Positions 1-9,300 of a DNA stretch of 54,562 nucleotides are shown here, in pieces; positions within the stretch are counted from its first letter, which is position 1; each line of letters begins with the position of its first letter. Both the position numbers and the translations under genes were made by a program. Below the pieces are notes generated by a model that saw nothing but the letters and a program-made list of their open reading frames with translations, had not been told where the DNA came from and searched no databases. This stretch comes from Candidatus Omnitrophota bacterium (GTDB lineage Bacteria > Omnitrophota > Gorgyraeia > Gygaellales > Profunditerraquicolaceae), in assembly GCA_023247825.1 (NCBI GenBank), contig JAHFFR010000004.1, positions 1-54,562 on the forward strand. Reading direction: 5' to 3'.

Positions 1-492
1 TTTAAGCAAGAATATGCTCGTAGAAAGCCCGACGTTAATCATGCACAAAATATAACCGATAGGGGTATTTCTTAAATGCAGCTTATTTAATAAAACATAA
101 AGCGCGACAAAGCTTCCCGGAACAGGAATCATCATTGCCGCCATAAACATAACAAATAAAAACTTTCTGCCCGCAAAACGCAAGCGGCTGAAAGCATAGG
201 CGGCCATAGAAGAAATGATAACTATCCCGAAAACTACTGAAACCGTATAAATAATGCTGTTAAAAAAGTTGCGCCCGAACCCGCCCTCTTTCCAGGCCAA
301 AACATAATTCTCCAAGCGAAACTGATGGGGAATTAACGAAATGTCTTTAAAAATCATACCCTGGGTTTTGAGGCTGGAAGAAACCATCCAGAGCAGCGGA
401 TAAAGGCAGATTATTGCTACGCTGATCAAAAAAAGATGGATCAGCGTATTAAGAATAATTTTTTTGCTTTTATAATAAAGCAGATGCTTCAT
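1..492 (-). CDS. Carbohydrate ABC transporter permease (second permease), 3' end truncated by the window edge
   Basis: Manual translation from ATG at 490-492 gives MKHLLYYKSKKIILNTLIHLFLISVAIICLYPLLWMVSSSLKTQ...ENYVLAWKEGGFGRNFFNSIIYTV...SMAAYAFSRLRF..., typical of MalG-type permeases. It starts 6 nt after the stop of the upstream permease and is not in the ORF track. Confidence 0.9.
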   Translation of the reverse strand, partial: MKHLLYYKSKKIILNTLIHLFLISVAIICLYPLLWMVSSSLKTQGMIFKDISLIPHQFRLENYVLAWKEGGFGRNFFNSIIYTVSVVFGIVIISSMAAYAFSRLRFAGRKFLFVMFMAAMMIPVPGSFVALYVLLNKLHLRNTPIGYILCMINVGLSTSIFLLK

Positions 493-498
493 TTTTAA

Positions 499-1374
499 TT
501 ATTGGGCTTTCTTGGAAAAACGGTACTGGATAAAAGATATTATAATTAATACCATGCCGAAAGTAATCCCCTGCGCGCAGGCATAACCGAAACGTGAGCC
601 GCGCATTGAAGCAAGTATCCTTAAAACCGGCACAGAGGTATGCCCGGCAAATTCACCTCCGACAAGGCTGATAATCAATACAAACACCTGCATCGTGCCC
701 AGTACCGTGAGGATGCCCACCAGCACCATAATCGGGATCATCAGCGGTATGGTTATTTTTTTAAATGACTGCCAGGCGCTTGCTCCGTCTACGCGCGCAG
801 CTTCATAGAGTTCGCGCGGTATGGTCTGCAGGCCGGCCAAAAATATGAGGAATCCCCAGCCAAAACCTTTCCAGCAGTGTATCACGGCAACAGTCGAGAG
901 GGCGGTGCTGGGATCCGACAACCAGTTATGCACCAGGTTTGGCAAACCTATCTGCGTAAGCGTGCGGTTAATTATATTTGCTCCGTCAATATCATTAATA
1001 ATAAAACGCCAGGCCATACCCACGACTACTTCCGATAAAACCGGGGGGATAAAAAAAATTACCCGGTAAAAATTCTTCATTTTTATTTCACGGTCGCATG
1101 CCCAGGCAAGCATAAAAGCCAGGATATTCTGCAAAGTTAAGGCGATCAAAGTAATGTAACCAGCATTCCACATTGCCTGCCACCAGTTTTTATCCTGCAG
1201 GAATATCTCTTTAAAATTTTGCAGGCCTACGAATACCCTGGTAAAAGAAATCCCATCCCAGTCAAAGAGCCCTAATTGAAAAATCCAGATAAACGGAATA
1301 ATATAAAATACGGAGAATATCGTTACTGCCGGCAGGACAAAAGCATAATTTTCTAAGCTATCTCTTATTCTCAT
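499..1374 (-). CDS. Carbohydrate ABC transporter permease (MalF/UgpA-like)
   Basis: Several TM helices, VGLQNF motif and EAA loop IPRELYEAARVDGAS. Confidence 0.93.
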   Translation of the reverse strand: MRIRDSLENYAFVLPAVTIFSVFYIIPFIWIFQLGLFDWDGISFTRVFVGLQNFKEIFLQDKNWWQAMWNAGYITLIALTLQNILAFMLAWACDREIKMKNFYRVIFFIPPVLSEVVVGMAWRFIINDIDGANIINRTLTQIGLPNLVHNWLSDPSTALSTVAVIHCWKGFGWGFLIFLAGLQTIPRELYEAARVDGASAWQSFKKITIPLMIPIMVLVGILTVLGTMQVFVLIISLVGGEFAGHTSVPVLRILASMRGSRFGYACAQGITFGMVLIIISFIQYRFSKKAQ

Positions 1375-1376
1375 TA

Positions 1377-2678
1377 TTACGCTTTTTTCTTGGCGATCTG
1401 GCGTTCCTTGACCTTCTGGACTTCGCCGGCTACCTGCTCGGGGGTTTTTTCTCCGATAATAATTGACTGGATGCCGCGGTCAAAGGCTTCCGTTACCAGG
1501 GGAAACTCCGAAACCCCCCAGATATTCGGGTGGGTGGCGTAATCCATGCCGCGGGCAAACTGGGCCAGTATTTCAGGAATTTTAGAGAGGCTGTTTTTAT
1601 TGGCGGGCAGATTATTCGTAGCCTGCGCAAGGTATGCCTGCTGGTCCTGACCGGTTAACCAGATTAAAAACTTGACCGCCTCTTCCTTGTTTTTAGAATT
1701 CGCGTTTACCATAAAAGAAGAACCTGCTCCGCCCCAAATAGCCATAGGATATTTATCAGACGCCTGCGGCGGAAGCATCGCCCCGTATTCAAGCGCAGGA
1801 TTCATCCCTTTATAAACATTTACGCACCATGAGCCGTTAAAAGCAAACACCGCTTTTTCATTGGCAAAAAGCTGCTCGGCGCTTTTATTAATCATCGTTA
1901 CCAGGCCTTGAGCCAGGAGGCCGGAATCCTTCATCTGTTTAAATATGGAAAATACCGTAACCCAATCCGGGTCAGTATAGGGGACTTCGCCTTTTATCGT
2001 GGCCAGCACCTTGTCTTTACCCATAATATTAAAGGCATAATTATTTGCCAGGCAGCGGATTAGCCATTCTTCTCCCCATCCGGAAACCAGCCCCTGCATC
2101 CCTGCTGTCCGGATTTTAGCTCCGATATCTAAAAATTCCTGCAGGGTTTTCGGAGGCCGGCCCGGATCTAAGCCCAGCCGGGAAAAAAGTTTTTTATTAT
2201 AGACCATCTGAATGGTCATAACATCTATCGGCACCCCGAATATTCCGGGATTTATCCCGTAGCTATTAGCCGCCGTAAACTCATCTACTGCCAGCGCCTT
2301 GGGAAAAAAACTATTCTTCCAGCTATTATTATTGGCCTCCATATAGGAGGTAAGATCTAAAATGTGATTGGCTTTAATAAAAGAGGCGAAATCCCTCTTT
2401 TCCCCTAAAATGCCAAAAACATCCGGAAGGTTTACGCCTTGCGCAGCCGCGCGGATTTTTTGGGAATAAGCTTCCGAAGGGGCATAAAGCTCAAAATTTA
2501 CTTTTATGCCGGAAAAGGCTTCATATTTCTTTGCTAATTCCTGGAAGGTTGCGTCGCGGTCAGTCATCCAGTGCCAGACGGTAATGATAGGCTTTGAAGC
2601 GTTTTTTTGGCCTGAACAACCTAAAATTGAAAAACACACAAAAATACCCAGAAGCGCGTTCTTAAACAATATCCTCAT
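1377..2678 (-). CDS. Sugar ABC transporter extracellular solute-binding lipoprotein
   Basis: Lipobox ILG-C, ITVWHW N-terminal motif, PDVF, NGSW, family-1 SBP layout; SD GAAGGAG upstream; directly upstream of two permeases. Confidence 0.92.
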   Translation of the reverse strand: MRILFKNALLGIFVCFSILGCSGQKNASKPIITVWHWMTDRDATFQELAKKYEAFSGIKVNFELYAPSEAYSQKIRAAAQGVNLPDVFGILGEKRDFASFIKANHILDLTSYMEANNNSWKNSFFPKALAVDEFTAANSYGINPGIFGVPIDVMTIQMVYNKKLFSRLGLDPGRPPKTLQEFLDIGAKIRTAGMQGLVSGWGEEWLIRCLANNYAFNIMGKDKVLATIKGEVPYTDPDWVTVFSIFKQMKDSGLLAQGLVTMINKSAEQLFANEKAVFAFNGSWCVNVYKGMNPALEYGAMLPPQASDKYPMAIWGGAGSSFMVNANSKNKEEAVKFLIWLTGQDQQAYLAQATNNLPANKNSLSKIPEILAQFARGMDYATHPNIWGVSEFPLVTEAFDRGIQSIIIGEKTPEQVAGEVQKVKERQIAKKKA

Positions 2679-2734
2679 ACTCCTTCATTTGTCGTGGGAG
2701 ATTTTATCCCGCAGGAATAGATTATAAAAATGGG

Positions 2735-3043
2735 TCAAGCCCGCAACAAACGGGAAATCCCCATAAGATCTGCTCTTTCCAGCTCAATACCTGAGTGCCA
2801 GCCCATTGCCCCTGCCAACCTTGACCAGACGACCTGCCCTCTTGTATATAGCGGATCAGTGCTGCCGGGAACATCCAGCCAAATCTCTAAAGGAGCCTGC
2901 GGTTCCAGCTCATTACCGGTTGATAACCCCAAGCCTTTTGCGCTCACATCAAAAGTCTGCGCTATCCCTTCTTTTCCGTCTAAACCTATAAATCGCGCGG
3001 AAAATTCTTTCCCGAATCTCTCAAAGATCCGACGATCGTTCAT
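2735..3043 (-). CDS. Standalone PilZ-domain protein (c-di-GMP receptor-like)
   Basis: RxxxR (DRRIFERF) and DxSxxG (DVSAKG) motifs, GQVVW; SD GAAGGGGG upstream. Confidence 0.88.
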   Translation of the reverse strand: MNDRRIFERFGKEFSARFIGLDGKEGIAQTFDVSAKGLGLSTGNELEPQAPLEIWLDVPGSTDPLYTRGQVVWSRLAGAMGWHSGIELERADLMGISRLLRA

Positions 3044-3163
3044 ATCCTATCCCCCTTCTTTTTTTCAACCCCTACAGTTCCCAGCCATAGTTTTTATTTC
3101 GCGCGGTTAAAGTTAACCTGCTGAACCGGATTAACTTACGTATATATTATCTCTCTTTATTGA

Positions 3164-3192
3164 ATTATTCAATATATTATTTGCGCCGTCAA
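3164..3192 (-). promoter_or_regulatory. Possible sigma70 promoter for the PilZ-sugar ABC operon
   Basis: TTGACG (3192-3187), 17-nt spacer, AATAAT (3169-3164); the -10 overlaps the near-palindrome ATTGAATTATTCAAT (3159-3173). Confidence 0.4.
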
Positions 3193-3306
3193 AGATCTTT
3201 ACGGAATCCAAGCCCATATAATTTTATTAACCTGCGCAATCTTTGGTTTTAACTTTTAGCCAATAAGAATGTTTTTCTTGAGAGAAGAATCCGTGGAAGG
3301 ATAACA

Positions 3307-6300
3307 TTATTTACCCTTATTCGCCTCTTTTACTGCTAATATGGCGGCATCTACCGGGGCAGACAGAGACGAAGGTTCAGGTAGTAGAGCAGAAATTTCT
3401 GCCGGTGTTCTTACGAGGCTCATATCTACGGGCGTTGTTATTAAAGGCCTCTCGTTAAAAAACTGGTTAAACTTTCTTAAAGAAGGTATTTTACCAATCG
3501 CTTCGGTAGCGATGTTAAGCTGCTTCACTGCTTCATTTACTACCTCCGGATGATTTTGATATTTTAATTTCACTTCTTCTATCGCTATGCCCGTTCCTTT
3601 CAATTTTATAAGATGCGCCAATTCGGATAAGACTTCCGAAACTTCTATCTTTTCTTGTGAAACAGTATTTTCTATCTGTTCGTCCAAAATAATGCCCTCG
3701 ATCTCTTCATCAGAAACTCCAAACCCCAGATAAATTCTCAATAACAATTCATCGGAAACTTTGGCTGCCGACAAGCCTCTGAGTTGCTTCAGATTAAGCT
3801 GAGCGTTAAAATTAATACCTAAATTTTTAGCTAAGATTTCCTCCTGCAAGCTCTGAATATTTTTATCTACTTTCCCATTTAATGTTTGAATATAAGACAA
3901 CATATGTTTTCTTAAAGCATCTTCATAACCAAATATCAACCTTGCATATTGTTTTATATCCGACTCTCTAAAATGTGTGGCAACAAATTCAGCCACACTC
4001 ATCTTTCCAGCAGCTAAATTCATTATTTCTCCTAATGAAATGGAGTTTCTATCCACCTTGTTATTTATTTCGCTGCTTAATAAAAACTTATCTACTCTTT
4101 CAACCGCGCCGAGCTCTTCATTGGTTATCTCATTCAAATTAGGAGCCAGTAAAAGAGCGAAATTTGCCGCTGAAAGTCCACTGACTTTATCTATATCAGC
4201 TAAGGTTATTGCCTTTACGCCTATCTCTGTTATCTTTTTTAAGCGACGTTCATAAAATTTAGAAGAAATCTTGTATTTTAGAATATTCAAATTATAGGAC
4301 GTATAGCTAAAAGGATTTCTGGAAAAACTCTGTTTGGGTTGCCGCATAATAGCTGATGAAATAGAGTTTATTTTCTGGTTAGTCCGGCTTAATTTATTTT
4401 CTGCTTCAATAACTGGCTCAAGCTGTTTCTTTAATTTCTGGGATAATACGGGTTTAGCCGTAGTTAACTTCCGGATGATTAAATTATACACAGCAAAATC
4501 AGATTTTACCGTATTGACTAAATAGCTTATTTCTTCGGGCTCAACTTTAATGCCAAAACTATTGATCAATCCTCCCACAGAAACAAGCCTGCCTAACTGC
4601 CCTTTTAATATCTCATTAGTATCGATATCAAAATACACTAAATCCTTCTGATATAAAAATTCAGCTATCTTAAGGGCTTGGCGCAATGATGGCCTGCCGT
4701 CTGCCGGAAGCCGATTATTTATGTTAGAAAAACCAAGATTTCTTAAGGCTATTTTTTCTTCCTTAGATAAACTCATCAATCTTTTCGCTAAATCAAATAA
4801 AGCCGCTCCTTCATGGTTAAGGACATTCGATCCAGGAATTACCCAACGATTAAATGTGCTTTTCAATAATCCTATATCTTCATCTTTCATGGCTTGCATT
4901 GCCGTAAAAACTGAATCAAAACTTACTGTCGTAGCTCCTGTTTTCTTATAATCCCATTTTGTCTTGCGGATAAAACTATTTACATTCCGTGCCGCTTCAA
5001 GAGGAGACATATCCGTATGTTTAACCTTATAAATATTCTGCAGGTTAATTTCCAGCTGTAATCTTTGAGATGCTTCAAATAAAATATCCTTCGCCTCCTG
5101 CTCAGTTTTCGCCCTGGATAAAGCATCTCTTTCTTTACTCGTTAACAGCAGGTCATCTAAACGAACTATCCATTTATACTCGCCCGTCATTCTTCGTCTG
5201 GCTACCGAAGGTATCATCCCCACCCTCTCTCCTGCCTGAAGCACATTAGCTTCGGGTTGAAGCCCAAAAAGAAACATCTTAGCCTCACTTTCATCTCCCG
5301 CGATCTTAGCCGCCACATTCGAGCCTTCAATCAACCCTTGCATCCAAAGTATGCGCTTTTGAGAAGGGTTATTCTTTCGGTCTGTGATGAATTTAATGTA
5401 TTGCTGCTGGTAATTGATGATATCCAAATCAGCGCCGAATTCCTTAAGCTTTGCTAAAGCTATATCTGGTTTACGCGTTATAAATTCTAAAGCTTCAGAG
5501 CGCGTCTTTATCTTAAGGGATCCTTTACCTCTGTCAGCCAATAGCATCTCGATAAACTTATCTTTTAAATCTTCCGGGAGCTGCGATATTTGCCGTATAT
5601 TTTGCACCGTGTTATAGGTGATTAAATTAACTTTTATATCCCGGGGCAATATTGTCTTATAATCCTTGGAAGCAAAATCAGAATCTAATTTAGTCTGCTT
5701 TTGCCAGTCAATAGACTGCTTATAAGCAGCGTTTAATTCTTTAGCATCGCTCGCAGACCCAAGCCGAAGAGAGGTTTTTGCGTCAGCCGCTACATCATCC
5801 CTGATGATTTCAGCATTAGAAGCTTCTTTAATATCCCCGGCGGTTTTATCTTTATTCACTTTTGGCGATGAAGTCCTATATTTAACCTTAACATCACCAG
5901 CATACTTCGGCCCTGAAATCGACTTATCAGGAAGAATAATATCAAATTTATCTAAGGTAACCTGTTTCGGCTTAGCCATGAGTTTCGGCTTAGCCATGGG
6001 GTCATTAACTGGAGAATGATCTCCGGCAGGCTGGATCTTGGCTAAAACGCTGGTTTTTTCTTTTACCATATCATTATAATTCCTTCCGATTTGCCTGACC
6101 GGAATCTTTAATCTGTCAAAGCTAAGCTCATAAGCAGGGGCTGTCCCGCTAAAACCGGAAACACTCTTTGCATCTTCCAAAGCCTGCACATAATTGGCCG
6201 CGTGTTTTGTTTTATCCATCAAAACTTCTTCAAACGACTTAAAATCCCAGCCATGTTTTACCGCCATCATCTGGGCCTGCAAATTGTTTAAGGCTCCTTC

Positions 6301-9300
6301 TCCTTGCCCGCCAAAATGAGTGCGCGGCCTTTGCGCCCCTGTATTAGCCTCACCTATACAATACTCGCCCACTTTATATATATAATAATCTTTGGCCATT
6401 TTCTTAGCGACCATACCCGCAAGGATATCCATAACATTACCCATATCTTCCCCGTAATCATAGTATCTTCTTGCACCTGTTTTATCAAGGTATGTGGATT
6501 TTTTATATTCTTCCATTATCATCTTTTTAACTTCAGAATTAAACACCAGCCTTCCATATCCTTCGTTTCTGATTATGCCTTTTTTTAATAATTCCGCGGT
6601 TATCTCATTGTTTTTCAATTCATTGAGAGAAATATCCCTGTTTAATTCCGCGCCAAGCTTACGCCTGGTGATTTCCCATAATCCGTTTACGCTCTTATAA
6701 ATATGCTCATTTCTTTGCCGGTAAACTAATTTCCAGAACGGCTGCAGTAAACCTTTATGGCTTTTGACTAAATCCGCGGACTGCATTGCCGCTTGAGGTT
6801 CATCGGTGAACAAATGCCGGCCCTTAATATAGCTTTTATAGCCATCCCGGCCAAGATATTTCGTGCTGGTCAACTCTAAAAGAGTATGATTATCAAAAAC
6901 GTTGATGCCCTCTTTATAAGGATAGCGCCGGGATGAGATTGTTCCCGGCTCAACCTTATTAACCTTGGCCCCGATAAAAATCGGCTTGGCAAGGAATTCA
7001 TTTACTAATTTATCTTCAGATGTATGGTAGAGTATCTCCTCCTTCGGAAAATTATCTGATAAGAACCTCATTACTATTGCCGCCTCTTCAGTTTTTCCGC
7101 CCGCGCAGGCCAAGTCATAGATTGTCTTGGAAGGATTGTTATTATTAGAAGATATCAAGTCTTTAACCTCGCTCCATCCCAGCCCTATTGAAAGCGGGTC
7201 ATACTCCAGAGGTTTTTCATTAATGCTTCTTCTTATCCTATTGTTCTCAATATGAATAGAGGCGAACGCCTCATATCTTTTAAGATTATCCGGCAGGGAT
7301 TGCCCTCTTTCCAATTTATGGATTGCCTCAACTATCTGGAAACCTTCGACTTCAGCTGCCCAAGCTCCTTTCCTCTCATAGATGCCCAAGTTAGCTATAA
7401 AGTTTTCAAAATCGCCGCCCATTGCCTTAAATTCATTCCTATGAAAACCATATTCATTATAAGCGTCCTGATTGACCCCGTATTTTTTAAATTTCTGCTG
7501 TAAAATTTCCGGAGAAGTTTCTTTTGTGATTTTCTCTTTCCGTTCCATCTGATAAATCTTCTGGAAATCCAAAAGTTTTTTTGTATATTTCGAGAGATCC
7601 TGGCCATTATTATTATAATTAAAAGCGGGCAAAGTCATGACCGGAATCAATATAATAGGTTCGCCGACCTTGGCATCAAGAAGTTGGGATGTAATCTTGA
7701 ATATATTATTATGAGATACCAGATTATCTTCTGGATATGCCGAAGGCCTCCCGGTTCTTTCAATGTTTTTGTTTAGAATGTTTTCTCTTCCTAATTCTTG
7801 CTCGAACAAACTAAGCGCGTTATCAAGACCAATGTCTTTTTCTTCTTTTATACCCTGAAGATTTATTGAAAAATCGCCCTGCTGAGAAGGCATAACTTTG
7901 TTCTTGATAAAAGAGGGGCCAAACAAAACCATTCCGGCAGCAGCCGGCTTGCCTAAACCTCCAATGCCTCCGTCCTGCCAACCTTGATAGGAAGCATATA
8001 CGGCTGGTATTCCCACCATTGCTGCCGTAGAAACTGCGGGCACAAAACTTGGATGCGTTACAACTTTATTAATCTGAGGATAATTAGCTAAAGATGAACT
8101 TACCTTCGGTTTAATATTATCAAGAAAAGAACCTGTATTTATTTTAATATCTCCGGCAACTCCTTTTGTCCCTCTGCCACCGCTCCATATAATAAAAGCA
8201 GTACCTAAGCCTCCTCCGATATCTCCAAAATTAGCATGATAATCCGGGCCCGTTGAATATCCAAAATAAGTTGGAATCGGCCCTAAGAAATTATGCGCAA
8301 GGCCGATAAAATCGCCTGTTGATAAACGGTCTATAGTTGACCCCTGGCGCAGCCCAATCGTTTTTTCGGGCATACCTGCCAAGAAACTCGCGATACCATT
8401 CCATCCCTGGGCGGGATCGCTGCCAATTGATGAGCCAATTGAAGGGCCGGTCAAAGGATTAAAAGAAGTTACCATTTTGACAAAACTAGCCGCGTTAGGG
8501 AAACCTAAACTATTTATCCCTCCACTGATTGTTTCTGAAATACCATATCCAATAGCAGGAATTGAAGGTATGGATAAGGAGGTATCTTTATACTTGACCG
8601 TAATATAATCCGGTATAAATAAAACCTTTTCAACAATGTTGACTTTACTTTTTAAGGCAGTGTTTTCATTATTCAACGAAGCTATTTTTGTAAGATCGGA
8701 TAATATCCTCTGATCATCGAACCTGATATCAGGGTATTTACTTTCTAAGAAAACCTTCACATCGTTTTGTGTAGCTGGATTAGCGGAAAATGTGTTTAAT
8801 AAATCACCGACCAGCGCTTCAGATCTTTGGGTATTAAGGCTTCCGAGAGTAAAAGAATTTTGTATTTTGCTAAAATCGTTAGTTAAATCACCAATCTGCC
8901 CATTATTGGAATTATACATTCTAAACTCAGGAGAACTAAAGAATAAACTATAAACGCCCGCGCCCAAAATAGTATATCCTGTATATTTAGCCAATGGCCT
9001 GACAATCCGGTTATCAAACAACAATTTCCTACCTTTGCTAAGATAATCAACACCTTGCTTGAACCCGATATTTTCAGTCAATTTTGTAATGCTGTTGATT
9101 TTTGTAGTATCACTTACTAAATCTGCCTCTCTTGCTATCTTTAATGAATCTCCCGTTATCCCCAAGGTTTTAATTTCTCCACCGCCAACAAATAAAGTAC
9201 CGATAAATCCAAGAGTTTCTTCTGTTGGCTTTACCGAATTATAATAATCTTTCTCTCCATATATTTTAATTTGAGGTTTATCAATATTATTTACTTTAAA

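Noticed and set aside
3101-3135. GGTTAA..TTAACC hairpin as a terminator
   Set aside because: The stem is short and AT-rich with no U-tract on the coding strand.
5100-7150. Calling this region the housekeeping secA gene
   Set aside because: The motifs are too diverged, and the domain is embedded in a much larger protein with an export signal.
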